DNA of 64,000 bases from an uncultured Gammaproteobacteria bacterium (GCA_964416445.1 CAYQEE010000003.1:1946-65945); one strand, 5' to 3'. Positions 28,600 to 38,802 are shown, numbered from the stretch's first letter. Notes: generated by a model from the letters alone, not told the origin. A program made the numbers and translations.

Positions 28600-29523
28600 A
28601 TGAATAAAAAATTATCATTCTATTTTGCTGGGTTTATAGTCCTTCTTGTTATAGCGGGAATTTCGTGGGAAGTTGCTAAAAACAATAAATCAATGAATTC
28701 TTTATCAATGCAGTCGCAAACAATTCATGTTGTAGCAGCTGAAAACTTTTATGGAGATATCGTACAGCAATTAGGTGGAAGTCATGTTCAAGTACTGAGT
28801 ATTCTTTCCGACCCAAATACAGATCCACATGAATATGAGTCAAGTGTACAAGATAGCATTGCAGTGGCAAAAGCAAATATCGTCATTGAAAATGGGTTGG
28901 ACTATGACACATGGATGGATAAGTTACTGTCTGCGTCACCTAATAATAAACGTATTCTTTTAATTGGTGGAAAATTAGCTACCCATCATCTACCAGATAA
29001 TCCACATGTATGGTATGGTATTGATAATATCCAAGCAATTGCGGGAAAAATTGCAGAATCCTTAAAGAACGTTGACCCAACAGATGCAAAAGAATTTGAT
29101 CAAAATCTTAATAAGTTTGATACCTCCCTGCAGTCAATTACTCAAAAAATAAATGATATTAAATCTCAATACAATGGAACACCTGTTGCGTTAACTGAGA
29201 CAATATATCTATATCAAACGCAACCGGAAGGACTCAATGTCTTAACACCATTCTCTTTTGAGAAAGCAATTGCTGAAGGGAACGACCCATCAGCAGATGA
29301 TGTTGCAAAGGCAACTGATGAGATAACCAAAAAACAAGTAAAAATACTTATTTATAATGTGCAAACAGTAACACCAGTAACGACAAATTTACAAAATGAA
29401 GCAAAGCAACAAAATATACCAGTAGTCCCGGTATCTGAAACGATGCCTCAGAGCAAACATTATCAAAATTGGATGTTAGATCAAGTCACTAATTTACAAA
29501 ATGCTCTTCATAGTTCAAAATAA
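28600..29523 (+). CDS. znuA: Zn/Mn ABC transporter substrate-binding protein
   Basis: VVAAENFYG, DPHEYE, NGLDYD and NPHVWY motifs. Confidence 0.92.
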   Translation: MNKKLSFYFAGFIVLLVIAGISWEVAKNNKSMNSLSMQSQTIHVVAAENFYGDIVQQLGGSHVQVLSILSDPNTDPHEYESSVQDSIAVAKANIVIENGLDYDTWMDKLLSASPNNKRILLIGGKLATHHLPDNPHVWYGIDNIQAIAGKIAESLKNVDPTDAKEFDQNLNKFDTSLQSITQKINDIKSQYNGTPVALTETIYLYQTQPEGLNVLTPFSFEKAIAEGNDPSADDVAKATDEITKKQVKILIYNVQTVTPVTTNLQNEAKQQNIPVVPVSETMPQSKHYQNWMLDQVTNLQNALHSSK

Positions 29524-29546
29524 GAAAAGAAAGTAAAATTTTCCTT

Positions 29547-30317
29547 GTGAACCAAAAACCAATTATTGAATTACAAAATGTACAACTCTCATTAGGGGAA
29601 CGAACAATCCTTCATGATATTACTTTAACAATTTACGAAGGTGAGTTTATTGCGGTGCTTGGGCCAAATGGTGCTGGCAAAAGTACTCTTTTGAAATTAC
29701 TTTTAGGACTGTATAAAGCAACTTCAGGAAAAATAGTAATTCTTGGAAGACTACCAAGACGTGGAAATAATGAAATTGGCTATGCGCCACAGCATAGAAC
29801 ACTTGAAGCCGACTTGGCTCTTCGTGCTCGAGATGTTGTCGGGTTTGGTCTTGATGGCAATAAATGGGGTATCGGTTTACCGGATAAGAAGCGTGATAAG
29901 AAAATTGAACAAGCGTTATTAGAAGTAGATATGTTGCATCTTGCTGACATGCCTGTAGGAAAATTATCAGGAGGTGAACAGCAAAGATTACTTATTGCCC
30001 AAGCCCTACTTACCTACCCTAAGATATTATTCTTAGATGAACCATTATCCAATTTAGATATTACACATGCACGAGAAATTGTTTCTTTAATAACAAGAAT
30101 TTCTAAAAGTCGAAATATTACTGTGTTGCTTGTCACCCATGATGTCAATCCTGTTCACTCTGTAATTGATCGAGTTATCTATATGGCAAATTGTCATAGT
30201 GCTATTGGGAAACCAGAAGAAATTATTACCAGTGAAGAATTATCAAAGTTGTATGGATCTCCTGTGGAAGTAGTGAATGCTAATGGAAGAGTTTTTGTAA
30301 TTGGTGAGGAAAATTGA
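29547..30317 (+). CDS. znuC: Zn/Mn ABC transporter ATPase
   Basis: GPNGAGKST, LSGGEQQR and LDEP motifs. Confidence 0.92.
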   Translation: MNQKPIIELQNVQLSLGERTILHDITLTIYEGEFIAVLGPNGAGKSTLLKLLLGLYKATSGKIVILGRLPRRGNNEIGYAPQHRTLEADLALRARDVVGFGLDGNKWGIGLPDKKRDKKIEQALLEVDMLHLADMPVGKLSGGEQQRLLIAQALLTYPKILFLDEPLSNLDITHAREIVSLITRISKSRNITVLLVTHDVNPVHSVIDRVIYMANCHSAIGKPEEIITSEELSKLYGSPVEVVNANGRVFVIGEEN

Positions 30318-30324
30318 GTTTTCT

Positions 30325-31161
30325 ATGTTCTCTGTCTTACAATATTCATTTATTCAAAATGCGTTTCTTGCTTCAGCATGCGTTGCGGTCGTTTCCGCGA
30401 TAATTGGTTACTTTCTTCTTATTAGAGGATTAACATTTGCAGGTCATGCATTTTCTCATATCGGATTTGCAGGAGCTGCCGGAGCGGTATGGCTCGGTAT
30501 AAATCCTCTTTTTGGATTACTTATCTTTACCTCTCTTGCAGGAGTAGGTATTGGATTATTAGGAAAAGAACTACGAGAAAGGGATATAACAATTGGGATA
30601 ATATTTACCTTGGCTCTTGCATTTGGTGTGTTATTTCTCTTTTTATATCACGGCTATGCGGAACAAGCATATAGCATTCTCTTTGGAACTATTCTTGGAA
30701 TTAGTTCAACTAATGTCATTATCACCGCACTCTTTAGTCTTGTAACTATTATTGTAATGAGTTTCCTTTTTAGACCAATATTATTTAGCTCATTTGATCC
30801 AGAAGTAGCTGAAGCGAGAGGAGTTCCCGTGAAATTATTAGGAGTCATTTTTCTTATTCTTGTCGCGATAACTGTTTCAATCTCAGTGCAAGTAGTAGGA
30901 GTACTTCTTATTTTTACCTTACTGGTAGGACCTGCTGCAACCGCAATGAGGTTAGTAAAAAGTCCTTTTGCTGCAATAAGTGTTGCAATTGTGCTAGGGC
31001 TTTTATATAGCTGGCTTGGAATTTTTCTTGCAGCAAATACTAATTTACCTGTAACCTTTTTTATTTCATCCCTTTCGTTTGGCGTTTATCTACCGGTAAG
31101 GATATTTTCTCCCACATGGATGAAAAGAAAAAATTTACCAATACCCAAACATCATGATTGA
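30325..31161 (+). CDS. znuB: Zn/Mn ABC transporter permease (ABC-3)
   Basis: GHAFSHIGFAGAA, ILFG and DPEVAEARGVP motifs. Confidence 0.92.
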   Translation: MFSVLQYSFIQNAFLASACVAVVSAIIGYFLLIRGLTFAGHAFSHIGFAGAAGAVWLGINPLFGLLIFTSLAGVGIGLLGKELRERDITIGIIFTLALAFGVLFLFLYHGYAEQAYSILFGTILGISSTNVIITALFSLVTIIVMSFLFRPILFSSFDPEVAEARGVPVKLLGVIFLILVAITVSISVQVVGVLLIFTLLVGPAATAMRLVKSPFAAISVAIVLGLLYSWLGIFLAANTNLPVTFFISSLSFGVYLPVRIFSPTWMKRKNLPIPKHHD

Positions 31162-31996
31162 ATTATTGCAGCATCAATTTATACAAAATGCATTTCTTGC
31201 GGGGACTATTATTGCTATTGTATCAGCGAGTATTGGCTATTTTGTTGTTTTACGTGCGCAAGCATTTGCCAGTCATGCGCTCGCTCATATTGGATTTGCT
31301 GGTGCAACAGGAGCAGCGCTCCTTGGTGTTAGTTCATTAGTTGGTACAGTTATTTTTACACTAATAGCTGCATTAGGTATGGGAGCTTTAGGTAATAAAA
31401 TTCGTGGCAGAGATGTTGAAATTGGTATGATACTTTCGTTTGCTCTTGGACTAGGTGTGTTATTTCTCAAACTTTATACAGTAAATGCGACAGAAGCTGT
31501 TGGTATTTTATTTGGTTCTATTTTGAGCGTTACGCAATCAGACTTAGTACTCAGTATTGTTTCAGGTCTTCTTACCCTTAGTTTTTTAGTATTTTTATTT
31601 CGTCCACTCCTCTTTTCATCAGTTGATCCAGAAGTTGCTGAGGCAAGAGGAGTTCCTGTACAAGCTATTTCGATAATTTTCATGATCTTACTAGCACTAA
31701 CTGTTGCAGAAGCGGTTCTGGTTGTTGGAATTCTTCTGGTTTTTGCACTTCTTGTAGCCCCAGCAGCAACTGCACAGCATTTTACTAACAGGCCATTGAT
31801 TACCATAGTTACCTCAGTTCTCATGGGATTATTTTTTACATGGGGAGGATTATTTTTAGCTTTATTCTTTCACGGACCAGTAAGTTTCTATATTGCAAGT
31901 TTGGCATCTGTTTCTTATTTGCTAGCTGTTCCACTTATGCATGTTATTAAACCGCATCTTTATATTGCTATACCTCACCCAACAAAAGAACTGTAA
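31154..31996 (+). CDS. znuB: Second Zn/Mn ABC transporter permease paralog
   Basis: SHALAHIGFAGAT and DPEVAEARGVP; clear paralog of the preceding gene. Confidence 0.9.
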   Translation: MIELLQHQFIQNAFLAGTIIAIVSASIGYFVVLRAQAFASHALAHIGFAGATGAALLGVSSLVGTVIFTLIAALGMGALGNKIRGRDVEIGMILSFALGLGVLFLKLYTVNATEAVGILFGSILSVTQSDLVLSIVSGLLTLSFLVFLFRPLLFSSVDPEVAEARGVPVQAISIIFMILLALTVAEAVLVVGILLVFALLVAPAATAQHFTNRPLITIVTSVLMGLFFTWGGLFLALFFHGPVSFYIASLASVSYLLAVPLMHVIKPHLYIAIPHPTKEL

Positions 31997-32004
31997 TAAC
32001 AATA

Positions 32005-32760
32005 TTAATAATAAATATATGGATTATCAGGTTGCATAGTTGGAAAGATTGAGTCAGTAACAATATAAAGAAAATCTCTATTATCATTTTTCTTTATTGC
32101 GAAATGACCTGTTATCATTACCCATTGTTTATCGTTAAAGTTCTTGTTAGAAGAAATGATAATGGGATATCCAAATGGTTGCGCATCAACAGTACAACAG
32201 GTGATCAATAATTCAGCTAAGTATTCTTGCGGAGGATTAATATTTTTAGGATGAAATATATATCCAGTTAAAATGACTTTTTTCCCTTTTTCGAAAGAAT
32301 AATTCGTGTCGATTTCATTGATATGGAACCAGTTGTCAAAAGTATATTTTGTCGTATCAGAACCAAGTTTACTGGTAACTGTTTTTATATTTCCCGAAGA
32401 AAGATGGAAATTTCCACTAATTGTTTGTGCCGAGGCATCAGTACTTAATGGTTTTGGTTCCATGAAAAATCCGAAACATAAAGCAGCCACTAAAGGGATA
32501 AAGGATACTATTGAAATGAGTGTATAGTTTTTTTGATCAGCAATTTTTATTCCTTTGATTTGTTTTCTCATGAATCTTAATTCTTGAATGAGTAAAAGAA
32601 TAATTCCTATCAAGCCAATAACAACGCAAATAGTACTGGTAATACCAGTAAGGATTATGTATTTTGTATTAATATAGTAGTTGAGTTTTCCTTCTACCGT
32701 TAATTCAAGACCATACCAGCCAAAGAGAAATACTATAAAGAACTGATAATATTTTTTCAT
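32005..32760 (-). CDS. TIGR03943/DUF1980-type (YcgQ-like) membrane protein
   Basis: GKLNYYIN, PKPLS, GKKVILTGY and ITCCTVDA motifs; paired with a permease. Confidence 0.8.
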   Translation of the reverse strand: MKKYYQFFIVFLFGWYGLELTVEGKLNYYINTKYIILTGITSTICVVIGLIGIILLLIQELRFMRKQIKGIKIADQKNYTLISIVSFIPLVAALCFGFFMEPKPLSTDASAQTISGNFHLSSGNIKTVTSKLGSDTTKYTFDNWFHINEIDTNYSFEKGKKVILTGYIFHPKNINPPQEYLAELLITCCTVDAQPFGYPIIISSNKNFNDKQWVMITGHFAIKKNDNRDFLYIVTDSIFPTMQPDNPYIYY

Positions 32761-33641
32761 AAATGGACAAACTGGTTAACTAGCAAGCCTATACAAACAC
32801 TGACAAGCGCAATAAATAATGAGATACTGAGTATTACTTTATTCTTATACATCGATCTCATAAGAATAATCATTTTTATATCAACCAAAGGACCAAAAAT
32901 AAGAAAAGATAGGATTGATCCAAGAGTAAATCCATTGATATATGACAATGCAAAGAATGCATCGACAGTTGAACATATAGAGATAATAAACCCTAATAAT
33001 AGCATTATAAAAAATGAAAGCATAACATTATGCCCAATAGCAAGAAGTGTTTCTTTAGGAATGAAAGTTTGTATAAGTGCTGCTATTGCAGCTCCTATAC
33101 ATAAAAGTTTTGCGATATAGATAAATTCTGACTGAAAGATTTCCAAGGAATTATAGAATGAACGTTTTGTTGTGTGAATATTACAAACATCCATATAAAA
33201 AGACTTTGTTAATAAATTATTTTGATCTTTTTGATAACTCAAAAAGATGCCAATAATATTAGCGATAAAAAAACCACTGAGAACACGTATGAAGGCTAAC
33301 TGTGGAGTAAGAGAAAATGCTTGATATGTTGTAAAGAAGGTTATGGGATTCAAAAGAGGTGCAGCTAATAAGAATGTTATTGCTTGTGAAGGAGAAAGCC
33401 CTTGAAATATAAGCCTTCTTGCAACAGGGATATTTCCACATTGACAAACAGGTATTACAATACCGACTAAAGATAGAATGATATGTGATATATATCTATT
33501 TTTTGGGAGCATTTTTAGTAGAAAATTTTCAGGTACAAAAAGCGCTATTAATACTGATATCAAAACGCCAATGGTAACATAGGGTAACGATTCCACAATA
33601 ATACTAAGAAATAATGTGACAAAATCTTGAATATGGTTCAT
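32757..33641 (-). CDS. DUF318/ArsP-type (YcgR-like) permease
   Basis: PVCQCGNIPVAR, FLLAAPLLNP, SICSTVDAF and FGPLVDIK motifs. Confidence 0.88.
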   Translation of the reverse strand: MNHIQDFVTLFLSIIVESLPYVTIGVLISVLIALFVPENFLLKMLPKNRYISHIILSLVGIVIPVCQCGNIPVARRLIFQGLSPSQAITFLLAAPLLNPITFFTTYQAFSLTPQLAFIRVLSGFFIANIIGIFLSYQKDQNNLLTKSFYMDVCNIHTTKRSFYNSLEIFQSEFIYIAKLLCIGAAIAALIQTFIPKETLLAIGHNVMLSFFIMLLLGFIISICSTVDAFFALSYINGFTLGSILSFLIFGPLVDIKMIILMRSMYKNKVILSISLFIALVSVCIGLLVNQFVHL

Positions 33642-33701
33642 TACAAATTTAATTTTCGCAATAACACATTAACTACAAAAGCGTCTGTATTTAATATAAA
33701 T

Positions 33702-34847
33702 TTAGGGAAAAGAATCATTCTTCTTAACATGTAAAACGGTAAACGTTCCAAGAGCAGTTGTTATAGGGACAGCGAGAATTAATGCACAACTGCCTACTAT
33801 CGTTTTAACAATCTCTTGCATAGTACTTTCATTATTAAGAATAAGCCATAACGGAAGTTGAACAGGATTAAAAGCGAAAAAAAGGAAGATTATAAGCGAA
33901 GAACCGGCATAAGCAAGTACTAAGGTGTTAATAATTGACGCAATATGTTCTCTTCCAATCGTCATACCTTTAAAGAAAAAGTACGAAAAGGATTGCCTAG
34001 GATTTTCTCTCGCCAAAGTAAAAATTGTAATAGCTTGTGTCGTTGTCACATCATTAAGGGCACCGAGAGTCCCGATTAAAATGCTACCAAGTAAAAGGCC
34101 TTGAGGATTTATTGTATGAGTTGTTGCGAGTTGGAGTGAATAAATATTTTCATTCCCAAGTCCAAGAAGAAACGTAAAATGAACTGAAAATAGTGCAAGC
34201 ATTGCTGCAATAAGTAAAGATAATGCAGTACTAATCACTGCTACGCAAGTTTTAAGTGATATTCCGTGTGCAATAAATGTTGTAAAGAATAGAATAATAA
34301 TACATCCAACTGTACTTACGGTAATTGGATCCTGCCCTTTAAGGATATTTGGCATGATATACGTTAAAATAGTAAGGAGACTAATTGATAAACCGATTAA
34401 TGCACCAATCCCCTTTTTTCCAGCTATAATGATAATGAGGAGAATGAAAAATCCAAGTATCCACCAAAGGTTTGTTAATCGATAAGGCTCATAAAGTGTA
34501 TAAAGTTTTTTCCCTGAAAAATCAGGTTTACTATCAATAACTACTATGTCGCCTGCTTGAATTTTTTCATTGATACCAAAAGTAGCATCATTAGAATAAC
34601 TTACGACGACTTTTTTGCCTTTTTCTTTTCCTTCAAGGAATGCTACTTTTAAACTTTCGTTGTAATTTTTAATATGATCATATGTTTGTATACCTTGAGA
34701 TAGCACTTGAATTACTTGAGCACGGGCGTAAGATTCGTGGTAATCTAACTCATCGGGTGGATCTGCAAAAACTTTATGAATAGGAAAAAATGAAATGGTG
34801 AGTATGCAAATGGAGCATAAACTGAAAATCAAAATAAACTTTCTCAC
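33702..34847 (-). CDS. YibE/F family membrane protein
   Basis: GTLGALNDVTTTQ, IGREHIASIINTLVLAYAG and AVPITT motifs. Confidence 0.88.
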   Translation of the reverse strand: MRKFILIFSLCSICILTISFFPIHKVFADPPDELDYHESYARAQVIQVLSQGIQTYDHIKNYNESLKVAFLEGKEKGKKVVVSYSNDATFGINEKIQAGDIVVIDSKPDFSGKKLYTLYEPYRLTNLWWILGFFILLIIIIAGKKGIGALIGLSISLLTILTYIMPNILKGQDPITVSTVGCIIILFFTTFIAHGISLKTCVAVISTALSLLIAAMLALFSVHFTFLLGLGNENIYSLQLATTHTINPQGLLLGSILIGTLGALNDVTTTQAITIFTLARENPRQSFSYFFFKGMTIGREHIASIINTLVLAYAGSSLIIFLFFAFNPVQLPLWLILNNESTMQEIVKTIVGSCALILAVPITTALGTFTVLHVKKNDSFP

Positions 34848-35006
34848 ACGCTTATTATGACATATCTATTTAAGAATATTCGATAATAACAATGACAACT
34901 TCATTAGTGCTTTGATATTGAACCAGTTGCAAAACTAATCATTCAATCACTTATTAACAGAATATCGTTTAAGGTAATTGGAATTGGGGGTTTTATAAAA
35001 GTGGAA

Positions 35007-35873
35007 TTATTGTGACCTTCCTAATAAGCCTCGTAAAAAGCTATTGAAAAAAATCAAAACAGAATTTCCTAGATCAGAAGATGATTGACTGTTTGTGACT
35101 GGAGAATTTGTAACCGCTGGGCACCATCCTCCGGGAGGTAACGGCAATTTACATGCTGGATTTTGGCTTAAACAAGTAGGTCGAGGAAGACAATGTGGAG
35201 GTGTTGGATACGCGCTAGGAGTTCCAGATGGTTCGCAAGAAGAAGGCAATCTACATAATATTCCAAGTCTTGGGTTGCAACTGGGAACGGGTGGACAAGA
35301 TGGATTTGGATAGCCAGAAGGAATACCTGAAGGAACAGGAGGCGTTCCACTTGGGCAGACTAATACAGTTTTGCATGGTTGACAATTCGTACTTCCTGGA
35401 TAACAAATTGCCTGTTGAGTTATGCCACAGAGATGTTCATAGAAGCAACCTTGAGGTGGAGTTGGATATGGAACAGAAGGCGTAGGTGATGTTGGCAGAC
35501 ACCACCCTCCATTTGGTTCAGGAATAAGACATCGAGGTGTAGCATCGAGGCAAGGTGGGCGTGGAATACAAGTTAAAGAAGGTACTGGAGAAGGATATGG
35601 AATTGATGGTGCAGGATAACACATTGCACCTGGAGGACAATGCCAGTTTGCAGAGTTTGTGGTATTCGTTGAGATAGGAGAACCATAGGTTGATCCTGTA
35701 AAATAGGAAACGCCTTCAACTTGTTGATCGTTTTGTTGAGTAGGTAAAACTGCATTATTTGCATATATTGCAAGAGGAAGTGCAAAAATAATTATTACAA
35801 GAATACCTACTTTTGTAGATATTTTTTTAGAGAGAAGATCTTTTGAATTTTTTACCTTCACTTTCCTTTTCAT
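35007..35873 (-). CDS. Cys/Pro-rich repeat surface protein
   Basis: Basic N-terminus plus TM; 20 Cys; repeats CIPRPPCLDATPRCLIPEPNGGWC and CLPRPTCLSQNPACKLPLPPGGWC; amphipathic C-terminal helix. Confidence 0.8.
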   Translation of the reverse strand: MKRKVKVKNSKDLLSKKISTKVGILVIIIFALPLAIYANNAVLPTQQNDQQVEGVSYFTGSTYGSPISTNTTNSANWHCPPGAMCYPAPSIPYPSPVPSLTCIPRPPCLDATPRCLIPEPNGGWCLPTSPTPSVPYPTPPQGCFYEHLCGITQQAICYPGSTNCQPCKTVLVCPSGTPPVPSGIPSGYPNPSCPPVPSCNPRLGILCRLPSSCEPSGTPSAYPTPPHCLPRPTCLSQNPACKLPLPPGGWCPAVTNSPVTNSQSSSDLGNSVLIFFNSFLRGLLGRSQ

Positions 35874-35996
35874 ATAATAGGTCTTACTATCAAGGTATTA
35901 GATAGAAATTTCTTTGTCAAGATGGTTCTAAAATAATTACCGTAGTCAACATATGTATTGACGGAAATTGGACACTATTATATTCTGAGTTTACTA

Positions 35997-37448
35997 GTGA
36001 AAAAAAGGCAACATACACGTAAAAAAAAGACACGTAAAAAATTACATAACTTACGTTTTTGGATGATTTTCCTTCTGGGTGTAATTTTTATTATTTCTAT
36101 CGTTTTGTATAAACAGTTTTTATTAAGGTCTAACAAAATTTTAGGAGTGTCAAGTAGCTGTCCTACTAATCAACCAGAATGTTTGTTTTTAAGCCCCTAC
36201 CCTATTTTCGATTCATCAACATATATTCAATATAATGCGGCTGTAAATGGAGTAAATTGGAATCATACAACTACTGCTCAAGCGAATCGAGTATTAATAG
36301 TAACTGTTTCTTATGGTAATAATCAACAATCTTCTAATCAAGTTACCTATGGTGGAACTAATTTAAAGAAATTATCTTCACAGATGTGTTCTGCAATATC
36401 AGGATCAACGTGTAACGATGAAATGTGGTATCTTATCAATCCATCAACTGGTACTTTTCCCGTAGCTCTTTCAATTAATGGAGGACCAGCTGAAATTGTC
36501 GCAGCAGCATCAACATATTATAATGTTGATCAAACTAATCCGGTTGGATCTATTCTCGATTCCTCAGGGAAATCCAGCACGGCATTTGTTACAGTTAGTG
36601 GTACGACTCCGTATCAACTTATTGTTGATGCATTTGCTGCTGGTGGGATTGGAGGACCCTATTTACCTGATTCAAGCCAAACTCAGATATATGAGGCGAA
36701 TACCTATAATGCAGGGGGAGGAAGTTTTAAATTTGCAAACGCGAATAATACTACGATGCTCTGGTCTATTAACTCGTCTCAAGGGGGAGATAACTGGGCA
36801 CTTATCGCAGTTTCCCTTAATGTTCCGAGTGCTGAATTACCGCTTGCAATTACCTATGCACCCACTCCTACAAATAGCAATAACGTAGTTCAGCAACCAG
36901 TCAATTTGCAAACATCTCCTTCAACATTAACGCAATCACCTACTTCAGGACAGATTCGCACACAATCTCAGATACCAACACTGATACAAGTACCTATATT
37001 ACTGAATCAAACATCTCCGTTGAATCAAGTTCAGACACAAACATCACAAGGTAATGGAATAGTTAATCCTACTCAAACGGTTAGTAATCAAGGTACGTCT
37101 TTGCAGACGAGTGATGTCTCAATATCTCCAATAAGTGTTCCAGGAGCGCATAATAGTATTTCTCAAACAGTTTCTCCTACAACGGCAATCAATTTTTTGT
37201 CTCAATCTAATCCAACTACGTCACTACTTCCTACCCAGAGTCAAAATCAAAATAGTTCGGCTAAAAGTAATTTACTTTATCATGAAGCTGCTTATGTGCC
37301 TTTTGGCATTGATCTTAATTTTGCGCAACCTAATCATCAACATTCACCGTCCATAACGGTAAGCTCAGTAGTTGTAGTAATTAATAATAGTATTAAATCG
37401 ATTTTCTTGAATATTTTTAACAATATAAGAAAAATTATCAATAGATAA
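35997..37448 (+). CDS. Membrane-anchored surface protein with S/T/Q linker and conserved C-terminal domain
   Basis: Lys-rich N-terminus plus TM, beta-rich domain (NRVLIVTVS..VTYGG..EMWYLINP), C-terminus matching that of 23767-25275; GTG 35997 is the likely start. Confidence 0.8.
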   Translation: MKKRQHTRKKKTRKKLHNLRFWMIFLLGVIFIISIVLYKQFLLRSNKILGVSSSCPTNQPECLFLSPYPIFDSSTYIQYNAAVNGVNWNHTTTAQANRVLIVTVSYGNNQQSSNQVTYGGTNLKKLSSQMCSAISGSTCNDEMWYLINPSTGTFPVALSINGGPAEIVAAASTYYNVDQTNPVGSILDSSGKSSTAFVTVSGTTPYQLIVDAFAAGGIGGPYLPDSSQTQIYEANTYNAGGGSFKFANANNTTMLWSINSSQGGDNWALIAVSLNVPSAELPLAITYAPTPTNSNNVVQQPVNLQTSPSTLTQSPTSGQIRTQSQIPTLIQVPILLNQTSPLNQVQTQTSQGNGIVNPTQTVSNQGTSLQTSDVSISPISVPGAHNSISQTVSPTTAINFLSQSNPTTSLLPTQSQNQNSSAKSNLLYHEAAYVPFGIDLNFAQPNHQHSPSITVSSVVVVINNSIKSIFLNIFNNIRKIINR

Positions 37449-37754
37449 GTAATTGATACAAGAATAAAGTTCTAATAAAGATAAGGTGCAATCTTTATTT
37501 TGGGATTATAAATGATAGAAAATGTTGAAAAATAAGAATATTGTAACTTTGTAATGGTGGAATGGTTAATAGTGCTATTATTATCGTTAAGCAACTAACG
37601 AAGATATAGAGAGAAAACTTCTGCCTATCGCTCATACTATACATAAGTGTATTAATTAATCGGTGTTTTGACAAGTCAATGGTAAAGATGTATTAAATTT
37701 GCGCTAGTCTATTTGATTTTATCCATTATGGGCTGTACAATAAAGGCTAACTTT

Positions 37755-37827
37755 GCTCCCGTAGCTCAGTGGATAGAGCGCATCGGTTCTAACGATAGGG
37801 TCGGGGGTTCGAATCCCTCCGGGAGCG
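37755..37827 (+). tRNA. tRNA-Arg(TCT)
   Basis: Acceptor GCTCCCG/CGGGAGC, canonical D and T arms, anticodon loop GTTCTAA; top anticodon-stem pair is a C-A mismatch. Confidence 0.88.
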
Positions 37828-38405
37828 CATATTCTTTTTAACCCAAAATCTGAACCTAAGTTAAATTCCACAAAATTTTTTTTCAAGAGTATTTTCTTTA
37901 CTTCTGACTTTTCCGAAGTTAAAATAGAGTTTGTATATTCATTACAGTAGAGGGAGTAGAATAGAAAACCGCAGAGCCAGCGAATAAAAAGTTTTGGAAT
38001 GCTCGAATCCTTGAGAGCATATGTGCCAAAACTTATTCTTCAATATCTGCTGGACCGCATTTTCGAAGCATTAGACGAAGAATCATGGGAGGATGATGAA
38101 GTATTATCTCTACAGTTATATTTTATCTGTTCCAGTAATATGGTTATTGTATAGAGACTTCTTAAATCATTCATGGAACGCTACTATAGTTGAAAACCTC
38201 TGCATTTCTGTTTTGCAACAAGAAATCAATTGTATAACCGGAAAGAAGAAAAGTCTGGGAAACTGGATGGATCAGTGTTTCGTCTGAGAATGAATAATTC
38301 TTTTTTTCAAAGAACCATTTATACGTTAATATACTGTTTAAACTATGAATCTGTTGCAAAAGTCCTACTTGATATAAATTATAAGACTTATATACTTGTG
38401 ACATT

Positions 38406-38543
38406 GTGAAACTATTAAGACAGCAGTGGAAGTTACTCGTCTTTATAGTCATATGTGTAATCATTTTGTACTTTCTCTTCAATCTGCTACTAAGCTTCTT
38501 TTTTGCTCCAATACCTAGACTGCATTTAGGTCCTATATTTTGA
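38406..38543 (+). CDS. Small single-pass membrane protein (45 aa, below ORF-track cutoff)
   Basis: GTG-KLLRQQWKLLVFIVICVIILYFLFNLLLSFFFAPIPRLHLGPIF*; TATACT just upstream. Confidence 0.45.
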   Translation: MKLLRQQWKLLVFIVICVIILYFLFNLLLSFFFAPIPRLHLGPIF

Positions 38544-38802
38544 ATCTATTCGAATGGTTTTCTGGAATAAATTACCAAAATTGCTATATACAAGAATGGC
38601 TTAAATGACTCGGCAATGTAATCAAGTCACATGCCTATTCTCCTGAAACCTTTTAACAGAATATTTGATCGATTAAATATAAATTGCCTTTTTGCTTTGA
38701 GACTGTTTAGATGTAGTACCATATTTGATTGTATTATGCCTCAAGATTTGCAAAGTTTTCTATTGACATTAATTAAATACTCTGTAAAAGTTATATTAGT
38801 AT

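Noticed and set aside
34915-34932. Fifth Zur box upstream of the YibE/F gene (…GAACCAGTTGCAA)
   Set aside because: Only one half-site matches TGCAA-N5-TTGCA
38171-38482. 103-aa minus-strand ORF as a real gene or homing endonuclease remnant
   Set aside because: No recognisable motif, and it overlaps a more plausible plus-strand small membrane ORF
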